A DNA stretch of 64,000 nt from the NCBI GenBank assembly GCA_037131105.1, contig JBAXRQ010000001.1:386039-450038 (forward strand), read 5' to 3'. The notes below the pieces were generated by a model that was given only the letters and a program-made list of their open reading frames with translations, searched no databases and had not been told where the DNA came from. Shown here piece after piece: positions 16,908-26,781 of this stretch. The first letter of the stretch is position 1, and every line of letters begins with the position of its first letter. The stretch is from a bacterium. Lineage in GTDB: Bacteria; Patescibacteriota; UBA1384; CAILIB01. The position numbers and the translations under genes were made by a program.

Positions 16908-18140
16908 ATGACTGTGATCGCTTCCTTACAGCACCGCGCCCGCAAGATTCTGACCTCCGTCAGCCTCTTCACGTTATTGCTGGTCACCCTTCCCGGCTCT
17001 CCGGTACAGGCTGATTCGATCACCGATCTCAAGAAGCAACAGGAGGCACTCCAGCAGCAGGCCGCCCAGGCCACTGCCCAAGCCCAGGCTCAGCAAAGTC
17101 TGGCCGAGCGGGCCGCCGCCAGCGTCGTCCAGGTCACGGGCCAGATCACCAATATCAGCGCCAACCTTCAAAGCACCCAGAAGCAGATCGGCAGTGTGCA
17201 GCAGCAGATCGCCGACAAGGATCAGCAGATTGCAGCCCTCCAAGCCGCCCTCCAGTCCACCAAGGACCAGCAGAACGCCCTGGTGAGGGAGCTCTATATC
17301 ATGACCCAGAGCCACCCTGACAGCCTCGATCTTTTTTCCAGCGAGTCGGTCTCGATCAAGCAGCAGCGCCAGATCCAGCTGAATGCCCTAGAGAAGGCGG
17401 CATCTCTTGTATATGACCGTACCCAGCAGTCGGCTGCCGAGGTGACGTCGGCCCGTAATGATCTGCAGCGTCAGAACGAGGGTCTTGCTTCTCTGAAGAC
17501 ACAGCAGCAGAACCAGAAGTCGGTATTGGCCGACGTCCAGGCCACCCAGCAGGCCCTGCATGACAATGCCACCGTGGCAGAGCAGAAGCTTGAGGCAAAG
17601 GCCGCCGCGGCCAAGGCCCAGGCCGCCCAGATCGCCGCCCGTATCCAGGTACTATCAGCTACCAGCAACTGGGGTAACCAGATAGTATCCTCAAACGACG
17701 GCAGCTGGTATTACTCCCAGACCGGCGATTATACCCTCATGGGAGGCGGCCCTTATACCGTCAGCGAGGTGGGCTGTCTGATCACCTCCATTGCTATGGT
17801 CTCCACCTATTATGGCCACCATATCAGTCCTGATTACATTGCCCGTAACGGGTCGTTCAGTGATGGCTATCTGGTGGGACTACCATCCGGACTTGGCATC
17901 ACCCTGCATGCCAGCCGCCATATCGACTGGAGCGTGGTAAACAACGAGATCTCCAACAACCGTCCGGTGATCATCAGTATCTATCTGCCATCAGTGGGCG
18001 CAGTAAACTCAGACGGATCCTCGCACTTCATAGTCATCAAGGGTGTCTCAAACGGCAAGTACCTCATGCATGACCCTATCGGCGCCGGCCGCAGCTACAA
18101 TCTCAACCAAGTACGTTCCATGATCCTCGTGAACGGCTAG
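16908..18140 (+). CDS. Secreted coiled-coil protein with a C-terminal C39-like (papain-fold) cysteine peptidase domain, a PcsB-like putative cell-wall hydrolase
   Basis: Signal peptide MTVIASLQHRARKILTSVSLFTLLLVTLPGSPVQA. About 250 aa of Q/A-rich coiled coil. A C-terminal catalytic Cys (GCLITSIAM) and His (SHFIVIKG). Confidence 0.6.
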   Translation: MTVIASLQHRARKILTSVSLFTLLLVTLPGSPVQADSITDLKKQQEALQQQAAQATAQAQAQQSLAERAAASVVQVTGQITNISANLQSTQKQIGSVQQQIADKDQQIAALQAALQSTKDQQNALVRELYIMTQSHPDSLDLFSSESVSIKQQRQIQLNALEKAASLVYDRTQQSAAEVTSARNDLQRQNEGLASLKTQQQNQKSVLADVQATQQALHDNATVAEQKLEAKAAAAKAQAAQIAARIQVLSATSNWGNQIVSSNDGSWYYSQTGDYTLMGGGPYTVSEVGCLITSIAMVSTYYGHHISPDYIARNGSFSDGYLVGLPSGLGITLHASRHIDWSVVNNEISNNRPVIISIYLPSVGAVNSDGSSHFIVIKGVSNGKYLMHDPIGAGRSYNLNQVRSMILVNG

Positions 18141-18217
18141 CGCCGGTAAAGATCTTGAAACATCGGCGAGTTCATTGTATAAGGAATCAAGCGACAGTCG
18201 TTTGAAAAGGAGCGGTA

Positions 18218-18706
18218 ATGGCCAGAAATAAGAGCGAAAGTTACAAGTTCCGTCCGACGGGCGGTAGACGTGAGTTTGGTCCCGGGCACTTCACCCACTT
18301 CATTAGCCTTGACATTCCACTGGATGGGTCGGACCAAAGTCCTATCGAGCAGGTTACTTCGATCATAGAGGCTTGTTTGGCTGCCCTGGAAGAAGGGGAC
18401 TGGCCATATTATATGCCTTCGGAGCCATCGCTGCAGGCCCAGTTAAAGGGTGCCGATAGCCTCGGCATGAAGGTGGGGCAGTGGTATCGGCAGTTGGAAA
18501 AGGGTTCCTGCTATCCTCGAGTGTGTGTAGGGGCTCAAAGCCTCTCCCTGGCGGGGACCTCGCAGCAGGGCTATGTGGCAGCCAGGCTGAAGGTGGCAGT
18601 CTTTACTAACTTGAGGTGTATCAGCGAACAAAAGACGCATACTACTCTCGCTGAAAGAACGGGAAAAAAGCTTCAACGTAAGTATCGGGAGCTGTTCGCA
18701 CGGTAA
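18218..18706 (+). CDS. Hypothetical protein
   Basis: An AAGGAGCGG RBS and a strong terminator downstream. Confidence 0.5.
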   Translation: MARNKSESYKFRPTGGRREFGPGHFTHFISLDIPLDGSDQSPIEQVTSIIEACLAALEEGDWPYYMPSEPSLQAQLKGADSLGMKVGQWYRQLEKGSCYPRVCVGAQSLSLAGTSQQGYVAARLKVAVFTNLRCISEQKTHTTLAERTGKKLQRKYRELFAR

Positions 18707-18721
18707 TCCCAAGCCTATAAG

Positions 18722-18755
18722 GGCGGATGTCTCACAGAGATGTCCGCCTTTTTCA
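18722..18755 (+). terminator. Rho-independent terminator (GGCGGATGTCTC-acag-GAGATGTCCGCC then TTTTTC)
   Basis: A 12-bp stem with two G-U pairs, a tetraloop and a T5 run. Confidence 0.6.
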
Positions 18756-19016
18756 TTATCCTTTGCGCCAGTGTAGTGAAAGGCGCTGCTTATCTTTGCG
18801 GTTCAGACTCTTGATGACATATTCCCGTTGCTGTGCTTCTGATCGGTTAGTACAGATTTCTGAGTAGGTAAGCCGTACTGGCTGCCTTGACCGCGTGTAG
18901 CGGGCGCCGCGCTTGCCACCGTTGTGCTCCCGGACCCTTCGCTCAAGGTCGGTGGTGACGCCACAGTAATACGTTCCGTCGGCACAGAGGAGTAGGTAGG
19001 TGAAGTAGGGTTTCAT
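18756..19016 (-). CDS. GIY-YIG nuclease family protein (YhbQ/UPF0213-like)
   Basis: MKPYFTYLLLCADGTYYCGVTTDLERRVREHNGGKRGARYTRSRQPVRLTYSE. The GIY..YIG, R and E core is conserved. I placed the start at the internal ATG. Confidence 0.7.
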   Translation of the reverse strand: MKPYFTYLLLCADGTYYCGVTTDLERRVREHNGGKRGARYTRSRQPVRLTYSEICTNRSEAQQREYVIKSLNRKDKQRLSLHWRKG

Positions 19017-19084
19017 GGCCTTTTCAGTGTAGCGCAGACCCCGGGAGCCTTGTCTATATCTTTCAGGAGTGGTACTCTGTTCTA

Positions 19085-20860
19085 ATGACAAAACCCACCT
19101 CCCCCAAAAAGCAAAAGTCGGTAAGTATCTGGTATCTGACCCGCTTCATGCGGCCGTATCTTGGTCTTATCATTCTCACCCTTGTCTTCCTGTTAGCTGA
19201 TACGGTGGCCGCAGGTCTGCAGCCGTTCTGGCTTAAAAAGCTCATCGACTTGATTAGTAAGGGCACTACTCTGCAGGCAGTGAGCGGGATCCTGATCACG
19301 TACTTTGCTTTCAAGGGCGTGTCGGCTGTCTTTGAGGTGCTGCGCGACGTGGTGTTTGCCCCGGCTGAGATGGGCATCGCCCGTAGTGTCTCTGACCAAC
19401 TGTTCACCCAACTGGTTACCTTGCCAGTAGGCTATCACCATGAGCAGCGCCTGGGAGCCACTTCCCGCAAGATTACCCGAGGGGGACGAGCCATCAGCTT
19501 TATCCTGGACTTTTTGGTCATCAACATCCTGCCGACCATCTTCCAGCTGCTGTTTGTCACGGCCCTACTGTTCAAGTTGTATGCGCCTGTGTATGCTATC
19601 GTCACGTTTATTACTATCGTCGGCTATACGGTCTTCACCATCTGGGCCACTGAGAAGCGCCAGAAGTTCAGGGTGGCTGCCAATGAGGCTGATGACGAAG
19701 TATCTTCCATAGAGGTAGATACCCTGAGCAATATCGATACGGTAAAATACTTCAACAACGAGCGGCAGCAGAACGCCCTCTATCAGCCAGCCATCCAGAA
19801 CCGCTACCGGCTTTCAGTGGCCTCAAACCAGCTCTTTGCGGTTATTTCCGGCGTGCAGGGACTTATTCTTCTGGCCGGCCTCAGTCTCATTCTGTATCTC
19901 GGGGTACGCCAGAACATCCAGGGAGAGATGACCATCGGTGACTTGGTGTTGCTTACCACTTATGTCGCCCAGCTGTCGGCACCTATTGGAGTGCTTGGGT
20001 TCATCTATCGTCAGATCAAGGACGGTCTGGCTGACCTGGACGGCATGGCTCGTATCATGCAGGAGGAGATCACTATTATTGAGCCCGAGCATCCAACTTC
20101 CATTGAGAAGCCTGTAGGCCGGATAGAGTTTAAGGACGTGCATTTTAGCTATCCCAGCGGACGCGAGGTACTGAAGGGTATCTCACTTACCGTGGAGCCG
20201 GGCCAGAAAGTGGCATTTGTCGGCCCTTCAGGCGTAGGCAAGTCCACCATCGTCAAGCTGCTGTTTAGGCTCTACGAGACTACCGGCGGCCAGATCCTAG
20301 TGGACGGGGTGCCGCTTGAGGAGCTCTCCAAGGATAGTCGTCGTGACATCTTTGCCATCGTACCTCAGGAACCCGTACTGTTTAATGCGAGTATCGCAGA
20401 GAACATCAGGTTCGGTAAGCCAGACGCGACCATGGCAGAAGTGGAGGCAGCCGCCAAGCTCGCCAATGCCCATTCCTTTATAAGCCACTTCGATAAGGGA
20501 TACGAGACCATAGTGGGCGAGCGGGGAGTCAAGCTGTCTGGTGGTGAGAAGCAGCGGGTGGCCATTGCCCGCTCAGTAGTTCGTGACCCGAAGGTGTTGG
20601 TCTTTGACGAGGCCACGTCCGCTTTGGACACCCATAGTGAGCAGATCATCCAGCAGTCGCTTGATCGCGTCGCCGAAGGCCGGACCACCCTTGCTGTAGC
20701 CCACCGCCTCTCAACTATCGCCGATGCCGACGTCATCTTTGTACTGAAAGAAGGAAAAATCGTGGAGCAGGGTACCCACGAACAGCTACTGGCCAAGAAG
20801 GGACTGTTCAGTCAGCTCTGGCAGTTACAGATCCAGCAACGCGAAGAAGGCGACGAGTAA
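19085..20860 (+). CDS. ABC exporter, fused permease-ATPase (MsbA/ABCB-type)
   Basis: Six TM helices, then Walker A GPSGVGKST, the signature LSGGEKQRVAIAR, and Walker B VLVFDEATSALD. Confidence 0.85.
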   Translation: MTKPTSPKKQKSVSIWYLTRFMRPYLGLIILTLVFLLADTVAAGLQPFWLKKLIDLISKGTTLQAVSGILITYFAFKGVSAVFEVLRDVVFAPAEMGIARSVSDQLFTQLVTLPVGYHHEQRLGATSRKITRGGRAISFILDFLVINILPTIFQLLFVTALLFKLYAPVYAIVTFITIVGYTVFTIWATEKRQKFRVAANEADDEVSSIEVDTLSNIDTVKYFNNERQQNALYQPAIQNRYRLSVASNQLFAVISGVQGLILLAGLSLILYLGVRQNIQGEMTIGDLVLLTTYVAQLSAPIGVLGFIYRQIKDGLADLDGMARIMQEEITIIEPEHPTSIEKPVGRIEFKDVHFSYPSGREVLKGISLTVEPGQKVAFVGPSGVGKSTIVKLLFRLYETTGGQILVDGVPLEELSKDSRRDIFAIVPQEPVLFNASIAENIRFGKPDATMAEVEAAAKLANAHSFISHFDKGYETIVGERGVKLSGGEKQRVAIARSVVRDPKVLVFDEATSALDTHSEQIIQQSLDRVAEGRTTLAVAHRLSTIADADVIFVLKEGKIVEQGTHEQLLAKKGLFSQLWQLQIQQREEGDE

Positions 20861-20921
20861 TTGACAGGTAGGAAGACTCACCCCATACTGGGGGTAGTCA
20901 ATCGGGTAACCTACGTCCGCA

Positions 20922-22358
20922 ATGAAGGCGACCATACCGCATCTTTCCACTACGTGGTTTCGCATCACGCTGGGCGTGATGGTCTTTCTCCTTCTGGCCA
21001 TTGGGGCGATGCTGGCCGTACGAGGACGTCATGCCGCGGTTGCAGACGGCTTCCCTTCCAATGACCTGCTAGTAGCTTCAGCCCAGGACCAGGCTGGCCA
21101 AGGATATCTGCGCATAAGTGCTAGCCGGGATCAGGAAAGTCGGATCGCCACCGGGCACCTCACCCTTATGGACGTCACAGGCTCTCTTCTTAGTGACCAG
21201 CCTTACCAGGCGACCGTCATGCAGCTAAACGCGCCAGATTCGGATACTGCCAGCCTCCTGGCGATCAACAGCGCCGATACGAGACAGGTACTAAGCTGTG
21301 AATTCAAGAGAGAGGCTACCGGCCTCAACTTGGTACGTTTACTGAGTGGGAGCGTTGGGTATACGGTCATGTGTCAGGCTCCCGCGACACCAGGCGCCCA
21401 AGAGGTCAGTTTTACTACCCATCTGGATACGTCAACTGATTCCGTCCATCTTCCTGACGTAGACCAACTCTCGGTAAGGGTGGATGCTACCCATCAGGGT
21501 CAGCTTGCACCCATTAGTTCGCAGATTACTATTGATGCATCGGGTGCCCAAGGAGGCGATAGTTATATCTACCAGGTTGACTGTGGTAATCGTGGCCCCG
21601 TTACTCCTTCAAACCCCATTACCCGAATAACTAAGAATACGAGCCTTTGTTCGTACTCGCTCCCTGGTATCTACCAGGTTCACGTGGTGGTGCGGGCCGG
21701 TGACAAGGTGGGTGAGGCGATACTACCGGTTACGGCCAAGGGTCTCTCTGTAAAGCTTACGCCAGACCAGATCAATGCTGTGGCGACAGAGACCCCCTTT
21801 GTTCCGGTGGTAAAGGTTGAGGTTCAGGGTGGGACTGCTTCGGGTGACTATTCATATGATGTCTACTGTAATTATGCTGGTGCCACCCAAGGCAAGTCGG
21901 TGCCGGTTACCGGCCAGGGGTCGTCGTTTACCTACTCTTCATGCAGCTATACCCAACCTGGAGTTAACAGGCTGAATATTGTGGCCCATCAGGGTGGGGC
22001 CCAGGGATCCTCCTTAGTAGACTTCTTCCTTGCTTCACCCGAGGCCCAGCTTAAGGCCGATCTGAAGGTTGAGAACGTGACCGGTAGTGCACCATTTTCA
22101 CCCAAGGGCACAGTAACGGTTAGCGGCACCGCTAGTGGCATTACAACGTATCAGGTCTTTTGCGACTGGGACGGTACTGCGGTTACTGCCGCCCATCCCG
22201 ATGCCGTGCAGAGCCTTGCTACTGACGCCAAGAGCGGGCAGGGAAGCCAGAGCTTCCAGGCCTGTGCATATACCAAGCCAGGAATCTATGCTATGCGAAT
22301 AGTGATGCAGCGGGGAAAGAGCCTGGCCCAGTCGGTGGCTAGCATTACCGTTCGATAA
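20922..22358 (+). CDS. Membrane-anchored surface protein with three Ig/PKD-like repeats (hypothetical)
   Basis: One N-terminal TM helix. Three roughly 90-aa repeats each contain Y(Q/D)V(D/Y/F)C....(S/A)Y(S/T).PG(I/V)... The protein ends directly after the ABC exporter. Confidence 0.5.
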   Translation: MKATIPHLSTTWFRITLGVMVFLLLAIGAMLAVRGRHAAVADGFPSNDLLVASAQDQAGQGYLRISASRDQESRIATGHLTLMDVTGSLLSDQPYQATVMQLNAPDSDTASLLAINSADTRQVLSCEFKREATGLNLVRLLSGSVGYTVMCQAPATPGAQEVSFTTHLDTSTDSVHLPDVDQLSVRVDATHQGQLAPISSQITIDASGAQGGDSYIYQVDCGNRGPVTPSNPITRITKNTSLCSYSLPGIYQVHVVVRAGDKVGEAILPVTAKGLSVKLTPDQINAVATETPFVPVVKVEVQGGTASGDYSYDVYCNYAGATQGKSVPVTGQGSSFTYSSCSYTQPGVNRLNIVAHQGGAQGSSLVDFFLASPEAQLKADLKVENVTGSAPFSPKGTVTVSGTASGITTYQVFCDWDGTAVTAAHPDAVQSLATDAKSGQGSQSFQACAYTKPGIYAMRIVMQRGKSLAQSVASITVR

Positions 22359-22549
22359 CCTAACGGTTTATCAGCTGGGAAATGAGGGCGGCGATGATGG
22401 CGCCCCCTACTAGAATGGCAACGACGACGGCGCAACCACAAGAGAAGCAGCCTCCTCCGACCGGTCCTCCGGTCCTGCCGATATACTTAGGGTGCCGGTA
22501 CCAGTCGGCAAATTTCTTTTCTTTCTGGTCGGTGGTCGGGTCCATGGCC

Positions 22550-23710
22550 TTAGCGATTTGGGCTGTTAAGGTTTACTCCGAACTCTGTCTCAGCGGTATT
22601 GTAGAAGGTATCCTTGTCGGGCATTACTGCTTGGGGAGGTAATTGTTCTGAGCGCGTACGTACGGAGGCGCCAACCTTCTTTACAGCTGTGCCGATAGCG
22701 AGAAACTCGATGAGGCCGCTTCCTAGGGAATACACATAGGTTTTGATCCCTATGACGTCGTCGGCCCCCAGGGCCTCTGCCTCTTGCTGGATCTTGCCAA
22801 TGGACTCCTCCCTGGCATCATAGATGAGGGTAGTAAGCTCGTTGATTTCACCCTTGGCCAGTCCCTTGATGACCGAGGTGACGCTGCCGACGAAGCCAAG
22901 CGAATAGACAGAGGTGCCGAGTACCAACTTGTACGGTACGTACCCCATGCTGGTGATATTCCAGAGCTCCTGGCAGGTGAGGTCGCTGGTTACTACGTTG
23001 TCGACGTCGCCTACGGCGGCTTCGGCATTGCCGTACTCAATGAACTGGCAGTTTGAGGCGGTTCCTAGCATCAGCATTTCTTGCACCCCAACTCCTTGGA
23101 AGGGCAGGATGGTGGTTTCGATGCCTACCACGCAGTTTGCTCCTATGGACTGGGCCTCACGGACTATGCGTTCCAGGGCCAAGTTACGAGTAGCGTTGAA
23201 GATGTCGGTGTACTCGCGAATCTCGCCGCGGGCCACGGTGCGCAGGCCTCCCATGAAGCCTTGGGCTAGGCCTACTGAATAGGCAACGTTTCCGAAGACG
23301 AACTTCTTGGGGGTGTAGCCGGCGTCCATTTGGCAATAGAGCTCCTGGCCGTTGGAAGACGTGGTGAAGGGCTCATGCTGGCCCTCGTTAGGTGAATGCA
23401 GGCTGGAGGCGATAGAAAGGAACTCGATGTTGCCGGGGTGGACCACTAGTTCACTGGTAACTCCGGTTGCCCCCAGCGCTCCGCGCTCGTTTACCTCTTT
23501 GAGTAGTCGCTTATAGGAGAGGCGCCGACCTTCGTTGATGATGTCGGTGTAGTCGTGAATCTCACCTCCGATCATACCTTTGAACCCGGAGCGGATGCCG
23601 CCGAGTATTCCTAGTGAGAAGACGCTATTGCCAATGATAAGGTCGCCGGGCTGCAGTCCGATTTTGGCCAGGCAGTAGAGCTCGTTGCCAGAAAGTCCAG
23701 TGTAGACCAT
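22550..23710 (-). CDS. Triple tandem YbjQ/DUF74 (UPF0145, putative heavy-metal-binding) domain protein
   Basis: Three consecutive roughly 120-aa modules, each with G(N/L)xLYC..., GNxV(F/Y)S(L/V)G and GE(I)..YTD(I) motifs typical of YbjQ. Confidence 0.6.
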   Translation of the reverse strand: MVYTGLSGNELYCLAKIGLQPGDLIIGNSVFSLGILGGIRSGFKGMIGGEIHDYTDIINEGRRLSYKRLLKEVNERGALGATGVTSELVVHPGNIEFLSIASSLHSPNEGQHEPFTTSSNGQELYCQMDAGYTPKKFVFGNVAYSVGLAQGFMGGLRTVARGEIREYTDIFNATRNLALERIVREAQSIGANCVVGIETTILPFQGVGVQEMLMLGTASNCQFIEYGNAEAAVGDVDNVVTSDLTCQELWNITSMGYVPYKLVLGTSVYSLGFVGSVTSVIKGLAKGEINELTTLIYDAREESIGKIQQEAEALGADDVIGIKTYVYSLGSGLIEFLAIGTAVKKVGASVRTRSEQLPPQAVMPDKDTFYNTAETEFGVNLNSPNR

Positions 23711-23789
23711 AGGGAAGATTACAAACGTGAAGCTACCTAAGCTGTACCATCCCTAGTATACTAATGCTGAATGATTTCTAACAAATCCC

Positions 23790-24185
23790 ATGAGCGACAC
23801 CATCCAGAAAACCGAGGAAGAGTGGAAGCAGGAACTAGGAGCTGAGAAATATCGGGTGCTCCGGGAGAAGGGGACTGAGCCGGCTTTTGATAATGAATAC
23901 TGGGACAATCACGAGGACGGGACCTATCTCTGCGGTGCCTGTGGCCTGGAGCTTTTCGGTTCGGAGGCCAAGTATGACTCAGGTACCGGCTGGCCGAGCT
24001 TTTCCAAGCCGATGGATCCTGAGCTAGTGGCTGTGGAAGGTGATACGTCCCACGGCATGGTACGGGACGAGGTGGTGTGCAGCCGCTGTGGGTCGCACCT
24101 GGGGCATGTGTTTCCGGACGGACCAGCGGAGACGGGGGAGCGGTATTGTATGAACTCTGCCGCATTGCAGTTTAAACATAAATAG
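23790..24185 (+). CDS. msrB: Peptide-methionine (R)-S-oxide reductase
   Basis: The zinc CxxC pair CGACG...CSRCGSHLGHVF and GTGWPSF. Confidence 0.9.
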   Translation: MSDTIQKTEEEWKQELGAEKYRVLREKGTEPAFDNEYWDNHEDGTYLCGACGLELFGSEAKYDSGTGWPSFSKPMDPELVAVEGDTSHGMVRDEVVCSRCGSHLGHVFPDGPAETGERYCMNSAALQFKHK

Positions 24186-24194
24186 AACTCAAAT

Positions 24195-24728
24195 ATGACC
24201 GAAAGCATAGTGCTGGGAGGAGGTTGCTTCTGGTGCGTGGAAGCCTTCCTTTCCGAGTTACGGGGGGTGTCAGAGGTACTGTCCGGCTATGCCGGTGGCA
24301 CGGTGCCAGATCCTACATACGAGCAGGTATGTAGCGGCCAGACCGGCCATGCCGAGGTGGTAAGGGTTGAGTTTGATCCCAAAGTCATTAGCTTGCATGA
24401 TTTGCTAACCGTCTTCTTTACTCTTCACGATCCGACAACCCTGAACCGCCAGGGCAATGACTCGGGTACTCAGTATCGCTCAGTAGTATTCTATGTAAGT
24501 AACGCCCAAAAGGAAGAAGCTCAGAGAGTAATGCAGGAGATCGCTGATCGTGGTGTGTGGGAGGATCCCCTAGTAACCACACTGGAACCTCTGGGTGAGT
24601 TCTACGAAGCCGAGAGCTATCACCAGGATTATTACAACCGACAGCCTAACCAGGGCTATTGCCAGGTAATCATAGCGCCAAAAGTGGCCAAGCTACGTAA
24701 GGAGTTCGCTGACAAGCTGAAGGCCTAG
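24195..24728 (+). CDS. msrA: Peptide-methionine (S)-S-oxide reductase
   Basis: GGGCFWCVEA active-site motif and HDPTTLNRQGND. Confidence 0.9.
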   Translation: MTESIVLGGGCFWCVEAFLSELRGVSEVLSGYAGGTVPDPTYEQVCSGQTGHAEVVRVEFDPKVISLHDLLTVFFTLHDPTTLNRQGNDSGTQYRSVVFYVSNAQKEEAQRVMQEIADRGVWEDPLVTTLEPLGEFYEAESYHQDYYNRQPNQGYCQVIIAPKVAKLRKEFADKLKA

Positions 24729-25300
24729 AGCTTGAGCTTGGCCAGGCGCTTTGCCTCTGGCCGACGCAGGAATATGAACAGCAAGCTGCCTCCCAGCGAG
24801 ATAAACATGGCGATGCCCGCCATGATGGTCAGATCGTTCTCGCGATTCTCAACCTCACGCAACGAGCGGGCGGCAATGACATAGCCCGGACGTTCGCCAC
24901 CGAAGTGCCGAATGACAGCGGCAAGGCGTACGCCGCCTTCGGGCTGCCAGGTAATTCGGTTCTCTGAAGTACCTGTAGCCACTACTAGGCTGTCGTGTGG
25001 CGGCACGGGAGTTTTGCCTGAAAGGGTACCTGATCCTGAGATGACGGTGCCGGCCAGATCAGTGACCACCACAAAAGGCGCCAGGCTTGTGGATGGGTCA
25101 ACTGTCTCCTTGGGGATGACGGTTGACGGGCTAGTACCTTTTTCTATTGAAGTAGCAGCGTCTTCGGCCAGCTGAATCTGAGGATCATTGGCACTTTGCC
25201 GCATCTCCTGCTGGATGCCTATATATGCGAAGCTAATTCCTATAAGGCTGCAGAGGGCGAATGGCAGCCAGGCGGTGAGAATAGTAATGAAGCGGGGCAT
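24725..25300 (-). CDS. Membrane protein (N- and C-terminal TM helices), hypothetical
   Basis: Hydrophobic termini. The stop overlaps msrA convergently. Confidence 0.4.
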   Translation of the reverse strand: MPRFITILTAWLPFALCSLIGISFAYIGIQQEMRQSANDPQIQLAEDAATSIEKGTSPSTVIPKETVDPSTSLAPFVVVTDLAGTVISGSGTLSGKTPVPPHDSLVVATGTSENRITWQPEGGVRLAAVIRHFGGERPGYVIAARSLREVENRENDLTIMAGIAMFISLGGSLLFIFLRRPEAKRLAKLKL

Positions 25301-25472
25301 GGGTGGGTGCTTACTTCTAGGCTTGATAAGGCCATGATAGCATGGGTATGACTGCTTGTCTGGTATCTGTCATGCGCTCGTCTCCGCAAGCTACCAGTCA
25401 ATTCTCAGAATAGTGCCGTACGATAGTGACAAGAATCACACGGACGCATCAATATCTAAATGCAGGGCGTAT

Positions 25473-26039
25473 ATGAAAAAGGCAGTTGTATCAATAGGAT
25501 TCCTTCTTGTCTTCGCACTATACGCCGCAGCGCTGCGTCATCAGCAGGGGGAGGTATCCGCCGCCACCTTGGTTCCGCCGACCGGCCTGACCGTTGCCAC
25601 GACGACGGCTACTCCTACACCATCCCCTTCACCAAGTCCGACTCCCGCTACTACGACCACTGGCATCCCCTCGATACTCGCACCGAGCCCTACCGCTACT
25701 CCGATCCACACACCGACCCATACTCCAACCCACACTCCGACCCCCACGCCAGCCGGTAAGTATAAGGACGGTTCGTACACGGGAAGCAGTGAGGATGCGT
25801 ATTACGGTACGGTCCAGGTTAAGGCCATAGTCAGCGGTGGCAAGATCTCCGACGTGCAGTTTCTGAACTATCCCCAGGACCGCAGCACTTCCCGCATGAT
25901 CAATGGCCAGGCCACCCCCTGGCTCACCCAGGAAGCAGTGAAAGCCCAAAGCGCTAGCGTCAGCGTGGTCTCCGGGGCCACTCTTACCAGCGAGGCCTTC
26001 GTGCGCTCGCTTACCACTGCTCTTCAGCAAGCCTCCTGA
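25473..26039 (+). CDS. Secreted FMN-binding domain protein (flavinylation substrate, NqrC/RnfG/PplA-like)
   Basis: A signal/anchor (MKKAVVSIGFLLVFALYAAA) and a Pro/Thr-rich linker. An FMN_bind domain with the SGAT(L)TS flavinylation motif (VVSGATLTSEAF). Confidence 0.7.
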   Translation: MKKAVVSIGFLLVFALYAAALRHQQGEVSAATLVPPTGLTVATTTATPTPSPSPSPTPATTTTGIPSILAPSPTATPIHTPTHTPTHTPTPTPAGKYKDGSYTGSSEDAYYGTVQVKAIVSGGKISDVQFLNYPQDRSTSRMINGQATPWLTQEAVKAQSASVSVVSGATLTSEAFVRSLTTALQQAS

Positions 26040-26040
26040 T

Positions 26041-26781
26041 ATGAAAGAGACCAGGCTTATCATGGGAATGCCGGTCACCCTTGACCTGGTGGACGGGTCA
26101 GCTAACGATCTCGAGGCTGCCTTTGCCCGCTTCGTAGAGGTTGATGAGGCCTTCAGTACCTATAAGCCACAGAGTGAGATCGAGCGGGCCAAGCGGGGAG
26201 ATATTTTGCCTCCAGATTATTCGGATGAACTCCGTCAGATCCTAGAGCTTGCCGAACAGACGAAACGGGAAAGCGATGGCTATTTCGACATCGGTCCCTT
26301 TGAACACTGCGACCCCTCGGGCATTGTCAAGGGCTGGGCCGTACGGGGAGTGGCCAATCTCTTGAAGGAACGGGGAGTCCGCTCCTTCTATGTAGAGGCG
26401 GGCGGCGACATCCAGCTGGCCGGCTCAGGACCGGCTCCCATTGGCTGGACGGTGGGCATACGCAATCCTTTCAACGACCAGGAGATCGTAAAGTCCCTCA
26501 GTCTGACCGACAAGGGTGTGGCCACTTCTGGTACCTACGCGCGGGGCGAGCATATCTACAATCCCAAGACGGGAACGCCGGTGACGGAGATAGTCGGCCT
26601 CACTATCATCGGTCCTGACATTTATGAGGCGGATAGGTTTGCTACGGCTGCTTTTGCCATGGGCAAGGCGGGTATTTCGTTTATTGAGCATCGGCCCGGC
26701 CTTGAGGGGTATATGATTGATACTGAAGGAATGGCAACCTATACCAGCGGTTTCAACCAGTATGTAACGCCAGAGCAATGA
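26041..26781 (+). CDS. apbE: FAD:protein FMN transferase (ApbE family)
   Basis: GIVKGWAVRG matches the ApbE G(x)AKGxAVD motif. It lies 2 nt after the FMN-binding protein gene. At 246 aa it is shorter than typical. Confidence 0.65.
   Translation: MKETRLIMGMPVTLDLVDGSANDLEAAFARFVEVDEAFSTYKPQSEIERAKRGDILPPDYSDELRQILELAEQTKRESDGYFDIGPFEHCDPSGIVKGWAVRGVANLLKERGVRSFYVEAGGDIQLAGSGPAPIGWTVGIRNPFNDQEIVKSLSLTDKGVATSGTYARGEHIYNPKTGTPVTEIVGLTIIGPDIYEADRFATAAFAMGKAGISFIEHRPGLEGYMIDTEGMATYTSGFNQYVTPEQ

Noticed and set aside
20861-21064. 67-aa ORF between the ABC exporter and the repeat-protein gene
   Set aside because: It overlaps the start of the 478-aa gene in another frame. It has no RBS and an Arg-rich composition.
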